Source of the DNA: Eukaryota sp. TZLM1-RC
Lineage: Eukaryota > Protista > Metamonada: BaSk clade
DNA: 64,000 nt
Assembly (NCBI GenBank): GCA_040285825.1
Contig: JAUPSS010000001.1
Location: 1,240,001 to 1,304,000, forward strand
Direction: 5' to 3'
Positions 45,018 through 55,800 of the stretch are shown here, piece by piece. The notes below the pieces were generated by a model. It was not told the origin of the DNA. It made no database searches and saw only the letters and a list, made by a program, of their open reading frames with translations. The translations under genes and the position numbers were made by a program. The first letter of the stretch is position 1; every line of letters starts with the position of its first letter.

Positions 45018-47269
45018 ATGGGTCAACGTGCTAGTTCATTATCCAGCAAGTCTGTTTTCAGGGCTGATGTATCTTCAGACACACAGCTCATTCCTCAAAA
45101 TGCATCCTCTTCCCCTTTAAATTCCCGATCCGGGCCATCAGATTCAGGGGAGATTGGTAAACCCCATACGAACAACATGTCTTCGCAATACAGTGAAACC
45201 TCCACTACCTCGCCTTCGTTGAAGCAACGTTCGGCCGACACACTTCCCGATCGATCGGATCCAGTGGTTGGAGTCAAGTGTATTTCAAGTTGTTATGGCC
45301 ATACCCTCATCCTTATTTATTCTGGTGAAGTTTATGGTTGGGGCGATAATGATTATGGTCAAGTTTTATATAGTGGACGGGAAGCAATCAAATCACCAAT
45401 CAAATTACCATTAACTAATATCATTTCCATTTCGGCTGGTGTTCACCACTCCCTTGCCCTCTCATCTAAGGGTAAGTTGTATGGTTGGGGTTGGAATAGG
45501 TTTTATCAAATTAATAACTCAATCAATGATTCACTACCAATTACATCAATTAAAATTCCCTCACAAAATCAAGGACATTTTTATTGGTACTTCTGTTTCA
45601 TTTGGATTGACAGAAGAAGGTCAACTTGTTAAATATTCAAAGAATAATTCTTTTCATTTATTTGAAGAATTGAATTCTATTGTTTTCGTTTCAGTTGCTG
45701 GTGATTCATTTATCACAGTAGATTCTATCGACAATTTTTTCTATTACAGTGGGAGGCGTTTCACCAAGATACCAGTTACTCAGTATTTAACTTCAAGAAC
45801 ACCGTTTAAGGGTTCTGTTTCATTTGGTCATACTTTATACAACAAGATTTACCTTTTAGTAGTTGATACTAATGGTGATGTTTGGAAGTTTGACAAGAAT
45901 GATAAAGATTCTTTCAATAACAAACCCATCAAAGTTCCAGGGTTAAGTAATATTGATTTTATTTTTTGTCATAGAGCTATTCAAGCTGCTGTTGATTATA
46001 ATGGCCAAGTTTTTGCATGGGGCGATTTAGGAGAATTATCTGATGTTTTTGGTGATCATGGTTATTGTAAAACCATTTGTCTTGAAGCTTTAGCTAATGT
46101 AGAAGGTATTTCTGTCGGTCATGACTTCCTTTTTCCTACAACAAAAACACTGTTTGGGCTTGGGGAAGAAATGATAAAGGTCAATTAGGTACAGGTGATT
46201 TGATTGATCGACCACAACCTGTCAAACTATTTGGATCTGAAATACTTGGAAGTTTTCATTATCCAAAACAACATTTGGATAGCATGTACAATATTTTAAT
46301 CAAATTTATCTACTATAAATATTTAAATTATTTATCTGCTGTGTTTGGTAATCCTTCTTATGTTAAAGCTAGATTTTGCTCCGAATGTGGTATTAGTAAA
46401 AGAGTAGCCAAACTTGCCAAAGACGTTTTTGATTGTCATCCTATTCAAAACACTATGTTTTTAATAGATCCTAGGAAATTCAATTTAAATTTAGACATTT
46501 GTGATTTACATTTGCGCTTGACTGTCGGTTACAAAATCTCCACAGTAATTAATACAAGAATGAGAAAAATTACGGTTCACTATAATGAAGTTGATTATTA
46601 TCCACAATTATTATCACACTCCCAAATGTTGAAGTTGTTAAGCTTGATGGAAGGTCGTATTTGAACCAAATATTATCTATCAATTTGGCACATTCATCAA
46701 ATCTCAAATGCTTGGAGCTTGATTATCCATTTGAAATAGACCAATTACCCACTTCACTAGTGAAGTTAGTGCTGAAACACCGTGACATTGTAGTTGCTGT
46801 ATTAAGCTATCTTACATCATTAAAAGAGTTGGTGGTGCTCGCTGATAGTTTTTCCAATTTAATTTCGAAGGAAAGAATTGTTTTATCTCAATCTATTGCT
46901 ACTTTCGAAGTACATATCCCTACTCAATTGAGATACATGCCCCATCTAGGTGATTCTATTTATATTGGAACACAGCTACTAAACATGAAGAAATTGATAA
47001 TTCACAAGGGTGTTCCTGCCAATATCACTGAACAAAACTTTCCCTCTTTGAGATTGATTCAATTGATTAGACCTGATAAGGACAGTCTGTCAGATTCTTC
47101 CCTATCTCCAACAAATCATATTAGTCAAGGTTTAATTTAATCTGTTAAACTAATCAAGAATGAATATTTAGTTGAATTATCTTGTTTTCCATGGTGGATT
47201 CAGTATCCAATTACTAAGTATTTGTTTGATATTTTTCGCGAATATATGGTTGAGGATGAAATAACTTGA
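45018..47269 (+). pseudogene. RCC1-repeat plus LRR-like gene with MGxxxS N-myristoylation-like start; frameshifted and with an internal stop
   Basis: MGQRASS; GHTL..GEVYGWGDNDYGQ; ISAGVHHSLAL..GKLYGWG; TAA at ~47138 where the paralogue has AAA. Confidence 0.8.
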
Positions 47270-49625
47270 TAGTGATAAATAATGGTAATTATTTAATTTA
47301 ATGAATAATTAAAGGAACATCAGCAACAATCATTATGTACACAATTTTTGAGTCGACACATCTAAGAGCACCCTTCTACTCTACAGCATTTGACCCATTC
47401 TTATTGCTTCTATGAAGAAAAACTCCAAATCAACAATAAAATGTTGGCTCGTATATCTTACTAAAAAGAATGTAACTTAATGCAAATATAGTCATTCGGT
47501 AGTTTCGGCAGATGTGGATGTTGTCTTTTGGTATTGAATCATTGATACTATTCAGACCGACTGAGTCAATTTGGTTGTGTTGAGTTTTGTTTTCAATAAA
47601 CCTTTTGATAGCAGTATATTTCAAGAGTTAATCGAACTCCTTCCAAAGGATACAAATAAATAAAAACCTCACATAAATGGTTCATGGGTAAGTGAAGTGG
47701 ATAGTTTACAGTTGGGAGTATAGAAATAAAATAAAGTATAAAAAATAAATAAAATTAATCTGAACCCCACGACTTAGGACAACATTGGAAGTATTCAGTG
47801 TCACTTGATCTCTTTTTATTTAGGGTAGAATCGAGAGAAGTTGATTGTGTAGACTTGTGGTTGATCATTAATACTATTCAGACTTACTGAGTTAATTTGG
47901 TTGTGTTGAACTTTGTGTACAATAAACCTTTTGATAGCAGAAGTTTTCAAAAGTTAAACGAAATGAATGAAACAAAAAAGTTTATACTTCACGTCGTTCA
48001 ATTAAATACAAATAAATGGTTTATTGGCTTCCTCAAATGACGACAGTGTGTTGATGAAATGGATAGTTTGAAGTTGGCAGTATTCACTGTTATTTGATCA
48101 CTCTTCTTCTAATGTACTGTTACATGAGTAACAGTAAATGAGAAATGATCAAAAAATTTGTTCAGTACAAACTCAAAAATTTTTATTCGTTAATTATGGC
48201 GAATAAATATAATATTATTTTTGGGATTTCTTTAATAATGACAATTATAAAAGCAACAAAACACCAAGTGTAATGGTTGCAAATTTTAGATAACATCAAC
48301 GAATAGTGACAGAGCCAATGGATCAATTTCATTTCATACATGATAAAACAACTATTTATTAAAAAAAAGTAACAAAACATAACAAAACAAACTAAAACAC
48401 GTAAGAAACAAAATTCTCCACGCCAACTCTTGATGAATCCTTATACAGCTTGGCCATCATTAAAGTAGATTTAATAATTTTGGTTCATTTAGATTAAATT
48501 TATAATACCAACAAATATCATTTGCTTTTAAAATTAGGGATAAATTTGGGAGCGGGTAACTATACTCAATTATTAATTTAAAAACTCTTTCATAATCATC
48601 AATTAATTGTTCAAAACAATCTATCTCACAATTATTTTTTATTATCAAATCAATCGCAAAATATTTTATGCTGAATTCATCTCTAACATAAATAAATGGT
48701 TCAGCATTGATCAACTTGACAATATTTTCTTTTGAAAACATATGGGAAAAATTCATTAAAAATATTTTTGATTTTTGTTAATCACAGATTCAACAATAAC
48801 TAAGGTTGAATATTTTGAAGTGGAACAACAACCTAATATTGAAAGTATTACTGATGATGACATTCTTATTGGAAAAATCCTGATGATATTGTTGATAGTG
48901 AAGTTGAACATAAAATCAGTAATTATATTGAACTTTTTAATAAGTTCAGAATCAAATTTTCTTCATAAAGATGATTAAGATATCATATTAGAATCTATCG
49001 ATAGCTTTGTTGAAAGACTTAATTCAGAAACGAGTTCACGAGTTCACTTTATGCATCTGCATAAAGTATGATGAAATGTCTTTGAGTGAATCACATCCTT
49101 TATTGAAGTGTCTCGATAATATGATGGAATAATTACCTATTGATTTTTTAGTTCAAAATTTCAGTATCTTCTGGGGTTAGAATAAATTTGATTTGGTAAA
49201 TTCATTGAAATCTGGAGCCGAGACCACTTCGATTTTCATCCATACGATTTTCTATTGAGTGGGTTACGGGTTAAATGAGCCTACTGCTGGGGCTGTGGAG
49301 GCGTGGGAATAGAAAGTTGTTCGGGGAGGAGCTGTGGAGAAGCGTGATTGGCTGAAGCTTTGCTTGGAGGGAAGTCTTGGATTGTAATACACGGGTCCAG
49401 GTGTATGAAGTCTTTGCTTAAAGTGTCATTTTCATTATGGGGATTCTCATGTAGCACGATATGCCCAAAATTGAGTAATTAATGGTGGGCTAGATGGGGC
49501 ACATATAGAATGTAACAAATATGTGAAATATGTTGTGTGAAATGGCACCTATGACTGATGGGAAATAGAAATCAGCATGAAGGAATCCTCATTGGCAATT
49601 TTGGTAATTATCTTATTTTCTCACA

Positions 49626-49717
49626 ATGCTCTCGTGTCCACATTGTTCAATGGATTTCAACGAAGAGTCTCGTGTACCACTGGTAGTTTGCAGTCAGCGC
49701 CATAGTGTATGCGGTGT
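49626..49717 (+). pseudogene. Stub of the paralogue-1 RING N-terminus (MLSCPHC...HSVCGV)
   Basis: Near-identical to 34744-34835, then an abrupt switch to unrelated sequence. Confidence 0.85.
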
Positions 49718-50016
49718 AATTAACAATAATATAAAATCTTTATTGAACTGCGACCTCTAGTGAAATTGAATCACCCAAGACAGTTTCTATACCATTTGAT
49801 CTGCTTATATTTCAAAAATTCTTTATCGTGCGTGCTTAAGTCCTAAGTTTGCTGGAGTTGGCTTTTCAGAAGCAACATATTTATGCAGAAGTGCTTTCAG
49901 TGACAGCAGGAAAAATTGACACCATCTGTAAGGAAAATAAGATTTTGATACGGTTTTGAATCTCGGTTTTAATCGCAAGCGAAGAACCAACAAATTGTTT
50001 CATTTTCCACGCTGCC

Positions 50017-52611
50017 ATGGTTGATCATCCTGATAGTTTCTTGTGTATGGTACACAGAGGGTTGCTCCTTGAGCCTCGTGCTCTTCCGTGTGGCCATTCC
50101 TTTTGCCTTTCGTGCATTGAGGAGTGGTTGGGTTTGAATCAAACCTGTCCTTCCTGCAGAACTGCAGTGTCTCTGCATAATGTTACACGAAACTATCAAT
50201 TGGAAGATCTTATGAAGGATGTGCTGAAGCCATATGTTATCCAGTCGGCTGATCTAGCACAGTTATCTCTCCTGAAGCGGACACCTCGGGCCACGATCCA
50301 CGCCGCGGAGCTGAATCAAAGAGAAGTAATCTGGAAGCAACCATACTTTTCTGCAGACGATGTTGAAGTTGTCCGTGAAGTTGTATCTCGTGTTTATCAA
50401 GTTTATCGAACGCTCAATTCACCAACTCAGGTAGTGAGTGTTTTGGGTGTTACTCTTGATCCTCCTGGTATTGTTCAAGAATGTCTTTCATGTTCACTCC
50501 AAGATCTTTTTAACCAAAAGCGAGTCCTCAATGCACTGGAAGCTTTTCTCGTTATCGAAGAAGTATCCCAGGCTGTTTCGTGCTTTCACCTAGCCGGTTT
50601 TGTTCACCGTGATGTTTCTGCCGGAAATGTGTTACTCAAACTCCGTGGCCAGGCAATTGTATCTGCAAAACTGGGCGATTTCGATGACTCCAGGGCATGC
50701 GACGTTACCCTCACACAAATGACGTTAGGAACTGTCGCCTACATGGCTCCTGAAGTTCTATTTGGTGAATTACGTAAAGCTCATTCTGAAGTAGACATCT
50801 TTTCTTTGGGTGTGCTCTTTTGGGGAATTTTAGCCAATACAGATCCTTCAAAAGTGGTTACGAATCCTGCTCAACTACAGGTTAGTCGAATTTCTTCCCA
50901 TGGTGCTGCACTGATTAATTTGGATAAGCTACTGACATTATGGAGACCATTAATTGCAAGCATGGTTAGTCTTAAAGCTGAGAACCGTCCCAAAATTGAA
51001 ACTGTTCTCCAAGCCGTGCGAAATGCAAGTTTAAACATTGAAGAATTGGATAGATACCAACTGCAGCCAGCCAACTCTTCAATTGAATCTCTTCAGAAAC
51101 AAATAACCGACCTTGAATCCATAAATCAACAACTCAACACAATTTTGGAGGAACGTGATGCTAGAATTGCCAGGTTGGAAAAGGAAAAGAATGCTGTGGA
51201 GCAAGCCTACAATGCCACTATTGCGCCGAAAAATGCCGAAATCGCCATCCTTAGATCTAGCATTAATGAATTGGAAAAGCAAAATACTCTACTCAGTAAA
51301 ACTAATTCTGATTTAGCAAGCAGAATTGCTGACCTTGAAGCGTTGTTGAGAGAGTGTCATTGTAATCAACCTTTGAACAATATCGATGATCATCATCCTC
51401 CATCTAAGGAAGAAATTTTGGAAGACATCAAGTCGAATGTAAATTGGAATGGTTTGGTTGATGGGGTGAAAAAGGGTGTTGAGGGTTTGGTTGATGGTTC
51501 TATCACTAAATTGAATCTTCAGTTCAACAAAATTACCTCTGAAGGCGCTAGTGCTCTCGCCCGTGCTCTGGAGAGTAATTCCACTCTGACTAAATTGAAT
51601 CTTGGGGACAACAAAATTACCTCTGAAGGCGCTAGTGCTCTCGCCCGTGCTCTGGAGAGCAATTCCACTATGACTGAATTGAATCTTGGGAACAACAACA
51701 TTACCTCTGAAGGCGCTAGTGCTCTCGCCCGTGCTCTGGAGAGCAATTCCACTCTGACTACATTGTATCTTCAGTACAACAACTTTCCCTCTGAAGGCGC
51801 TAGTGCTCTCGCCCGTGCTCTGGAGAGTAATTCCACGCTGACTAAATTGAATCTTGGGGACAACAAAATTACCTCTGAAGGCGCTAGTGCTCTCGCCCGT
51901 GCTCTGGAGAGCAATTCCACTCTGACTACATTGGATCTTCAGTACAACAACTTTACCTCTGAAGGCGCTAGTGCTCTCGCCCATGCTCTGGAGAGCAATT
52001 CCACTCTGACTAAATTGAATCTTGGGAACAACAACATTACCTCTGAAGGCGCTAGTGCTCTCGCCCGTGCTCTGGAGAGCAATTCGACTCTGACTACATT
52101 GTATCTTCAGTCCAACAACATTACCTCTGAAGGCGCTAGTGCTCTCGCCCGTGCTCTGGAGAGCAATTCCACTCTGACTGAATTGAATCTTCAGTACAAC
52201 AACATTACCTCTGAAGGCGCTAGTGCTCTCGCCCGTGCTCTGGAGAGCAATTCCACTCTGACTGAATTGAATCTTGGGAACAACAACATTACCTCTGAAG
52301 GCGCTAGTGCTCTCGCCCGTGCTCTGGAGAGCAATTCCACTCTGACTGAATTGAATCTTTGGAACAACAACATTACCTCTGAAGGCGCTAGTGCTCTCGC
52401 CCGTGCTCTGGAGAGCAATTCCACTCTGACTGAATTGAATCTTTGGAACAACAACATTACCTCTGAAGGCGCTAGTGCTCTCGCCCTTGCTCTGGAGAGC
52501 AATTCCAGTCTGACTAAATTGAATCTTGGGGGCAACAACATTAGCAATCCAACCAAATCCAAACTTCGACAAATAGAATCTAACCGTGCTTCTCTTAATA
52601 TTTTCTTCTAA
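50017..52611 (+). CDS. RING, atypical kinase, coiled coil, RI-like LRR receptor (paralogue 2)
   Basis: C..H..LPCGHSFCLSC..CPSC; HRDVSAGN, GDFDD, YMAPE, DIFSLG; C-terminal half shared with paralogue 1. Confidence 0.92.
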   Translation: MVDHPDSFLCMVHRGLLLEPRALPCGHSFCLSCIEEWLGLNQTCPSCRTAVSLHNVTRNYQLEDLMKDVLKPYVIQSADLAQLSLLKRTPRATIHAAELNQREVIWKQPYFSADDVEVVREVVSRVYQVYRTLNSPTQVVSVLGVTLDPPGIVQECLSCSLQDLFNQKRVLNALEAFLVIEEVSQAVSCFHLAGFVHRDVSAGNVLLKLRGQAIVSAKLGDFDDSRACDVTLTQMTLGTVAYMAPEVLFGELRKAHSEVDIFSLGVLFWGILANTDPSKVVTNPAQLQVSRISSHGAALINLDKLLTLWRPLIASMVSLKAENRPKIETVLQAVRNASLNIEELDRYQLQPANSSIESLQKQITDLESINQQLNTILEERDARIARLEKEKNAVEQAYNATIAPKNAEIAILRSSINELEKQNTLLSKTNSDLASRIADLEALLRECHCNQPLNNIDDHHPPSKEEILEDIKSNVNWNGLVDGVKKGVEGLVDGSITKLNLQFNKITSEGASALARALESNSTLTKLNLGDNKITSEGASALARALESNSTMTELNLGNNNITSEGASALARALESNSTLTTLYLQYNNFPSEGASALARALESNSTLTKLNLGDNKITSEGASALARALESNSTLTTLDLQYNNFTSEGASALAHALESNSTLTKLNLGNNNITSEGASALARALESNSTLTTLYLQSNNITSEGASALARALESNSTLTELNLQYNNITSEGASALARALESNSTLTELNLGNNNITSEGASALARALESNSTLTELNLWNNNITSEGASALARALESNSTLTELNLWNNNITSEGASALALALESNSSLTKLNLGGNNISNPTKSKLRQIESNRASLNIFF
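51505..52542 (+). repeat. LRR-coding tandem array, 84-bp unit, 13 beta-strand modules
   Basis: Unit starts at 51505 + 84n up to 52513. Confidence 0.97.
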
Positions 52612-52718
52612 TAAACACATTTTAATTACTTTTTCCATCAATACAAAACCAACTATAAAATCGTCCAACATCAATACAAATCAAAACCCAATATAAACCA
52701 GAAAAATCAACGTCCTCA

Positions 52719-52855
52719 TTTGCCAGCATCGTAGTCCAGTGGGTTTGCTCTTCATTCTCTGCCTTGGCAACAGGGTTCGAATCCTATCTGCTGCACTGCT
52801 GGCAAAAGGGGACCCCAAAGTGGGAGCCAGCATTTCCTTTCCCACTTTCCGGGTC
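52719..52855 (+). ncRNA. Second copy of the tRNA-derived / Pol III element plus hairpin
   Basis: A-box 52732-52742; B-box 52774-52784; 10-bp inverted repeat TTTGCCAGCA (52719) / TGCTGGCAAA (52797); hairpin 52811-52855. Confidence 0.55.
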
Positions 52856-55800
52856 TGATTGCATGGTGCTTGATCAGTGAGATTGGGCATTTTAGGTTTT
52901 GGTGGATCTTGATTTTGCATGTTATTCGCAAAAATTTCCTTTTGTGAGAAATTGTTACTGTGATTTTAACAACAATATTGATTTTCTACGCAGAATCAAA
53001 TCAAATCAAACTAAAGCACATAAGAAACAAAATTATTTGGGCTTCTGTACAAAGCGAAAATGATACGATTCTTCCATAAATTCCCTGCAAAATTGTTACC
53101 ATTTGAACGACACAAATTACCAAAATCATTGATAAAATCCAAGGCGAACTGTCCAATGTTGACAAAAATCGAAAAGGCAAAGAGAACAAACGAAAACTTT
53201 GAGTAAAGATTCTTATTTAAGTCATTTAATATCCCAGTTTATTTATCTCTTTTACGATCTTCAGCCTTGTTTAAATGACCATTAGTGCTAGGTAAAACAT
53301 CATCACGATAAATAAAAGCAAAATGATCAACTGTAGTAAAATCAACAACAACTAGAGAGGACTCCACAAAAGGAGCAATTAAAACACCTCGACCTGAATT
53401 AAACAGATTATTATCGCTATAATGCTTCAACAACGTTTCTACTTTGCAACTAAAACTGTAACAATTGAACATCTCATACCCTCACATCACGAACGGCATT
53501 ATGAAGAATTGACCGATATTGAAGGAATTTCTGACAACTAACAATATGACGGAAATTGGTAGTAGGTTGTTCAAACAGAATTGCCCAAAGGAACACTTGG
53601 ATACAACCCTAATCTCAACCGCATGTTTTGTTTCCAAGCTTCATTTGTTAAGTGCAGACCAAATGGCCTTGGTTGCTGAGATATTAAACTAGTGCAGTTC
53701 TGGCTTTTTCTTCTTTTGCTTTTTTTGGTCTGAATGCATGGTGCTTGATCAGTGAGGGTGATTCTGAAGATTGGGCATTTTAGGTTTTGGTGGATCTTGA
53801 TTTTGCATGTTATTCGCAAAAATTTCCTTTTGTGAGAAATTGTTACTGTGATTTTAACAACAATATTGATTTTCTACGCAGAATCAAATCAAATCAAACT
53901 AAAGCACATAAGAAACAAAATTATTTGGGCTTCTGTACAAAGCGAAAATGATACGATTCTTCCATAAATTCCCTGCAAAATTGTTACCATTTGAACGACA
54001 CAAATTACCAAAATCATTGATAAAATCCAAGGCGAACTGTCCAATGTTGACAAAAATCGAAAAGGCAAAGAGAACAAACGAAAACTTTGAGTAAAGATTC
54101 TTATTTAAATCATTTAATATCCCAGTTTATTTATCTCTTTTACGATCTTCAGCCTTGTTTAAATGACCATTAGTACTAAGTAAAACATCATCGCGATAAA
54201 TAAAAAGCAAAATGATCAACTGTAGTAAAATCAACAACAACTAGAGAGGACTCCACAAAAGGAGCAATTAAAACACCTCGACCTGAATTAAACAGATTAT
54301 TATCGCTATAATGCTTCAACAACGTTTCTACTTTGCAACTAAAACTGTAACAATTGAACATCTCATACCCTCACATCACGAACGGCATTATGAAGAATTG
54401 ACCGATATTGAAGGAATTTCTGACAACTAACAATATGACGGAAATTGGTAGTAGGTTTTTCAAACAGAATTGCCCAAAGGAACACTTGGATACAACCCTA
54501 ATCTCAACCGCATGTTTTGTTTCCAAGCTTCATTTGTTAAGTGCAGACCAAATGGCCTTGGTTGCTGAGATATTAAACTAGTGTAGTTCTGGCTTTTTTT
54601 TCTTTTGCTTTTTTTGGTCTGAATGCATGGTGCTTGATCAGTGAGGGTGATTCTGAAGATTGGGCATTTTAGGTTTTGGTGGATCTTGATTTTGCATGTT
54701 ACTCGCAAAAATTTCCTTTTGTGAGAAATTGTTACTGTGATTTTAACAACAATATTGATTTTTCTACACAGAATCAAATCAAATCAAACTAAAGCACATA
54801 AGAAACAAAATTATTTGGGCTTCTGTACAAAGCGAAAATGATACGATTCTTCCATAAATTCCCTGCAAACTTCTTACCATTCAAACGACACAAATTACCA
54901 AAATCATTGATAAAATCCAAGGCGAACTGTCCAATGTTGACAAAAATCGAAAAGGCAAAGAGAACAAACGAAAACTTTGAGTAAAGATTCTTATTTAAAT
55001 CATTTAATATCCCAGTTTATTTATCTCTTTTACGATCTTCAGCCTTGTTTAAATGACCATTAGTGCTAGGTAAAACATCATCACGATAAATAAAAGCAAA
55101 ATGATCAACTGTAGTAAAATCAACAACAACTAGAGAGGACTCCACAAAAGGAGCAATTAAAACACCTCGACGTGAATTAAACAGATTATTATCGCTATAA
55201 TGCTTCAACAACGTTTCTACTTTGCAACTAAAACTGTAACAATTGAACATCTCATACCCTCACATCACGAACGGCATTATGAAGAATTGACCGATATTGA
55301 AGGAATTTCTGACAACTAACAATATGACGGAAATTGGTAGTAGGTTTTTCAAACAGAATTGCCCAAAGGAACACTTGAATACAACCCTAATCTCAACCGC
55401 ATGTTTTGTTTCCAAGCTTCATTTGTTAAGTGCAGACCAAATGGCCTTGGTTGCTGAGATATTAAACTAGTGCAGTTCTGGCTTTTTTTTCTTTTGCTTA
55501 TTTTGGTCTGAATGCATGGTGCTTGATCAGTGAGGGTGATTCTGAAGATTGGGCATTTTAGGTTTTGGTGGATCTTGATTTTGCATGTTACTCGCAAAAA
55601 TTTCCTTTTGTGAGAAATTGTTACTGTGATTTTAACAACAATATTGATTTTCTACACAGAATCAAATCAAATCAAACTAAAGCACATAAGAAACAAAATT
55701 ATTTGGGCTTCTGTACAAAGCGAAAATGATACGATTCTTCCATAAATTCCCTGCAAACTTCTTACCATTCAAACGACACAAATTACCAAAATCATTGATA

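Larger units (their letters stand above)
33261..48136. repeat. Segmental duplication, copy A (~14.9 kb)
   Basis: Colinear with 48137->64000: 33261-34832 vs 48137-49717, ~36030-37930 vs ~51265-53320, ~40030-45520 vs ~59205-64000. Confidence 0.9.

Noticed and set aside
47530-48080. Diverged direct repeat (~47530-47715 vs ~47850-48080)
   Set aside because: No coding or structural signal; probably local duplication debris
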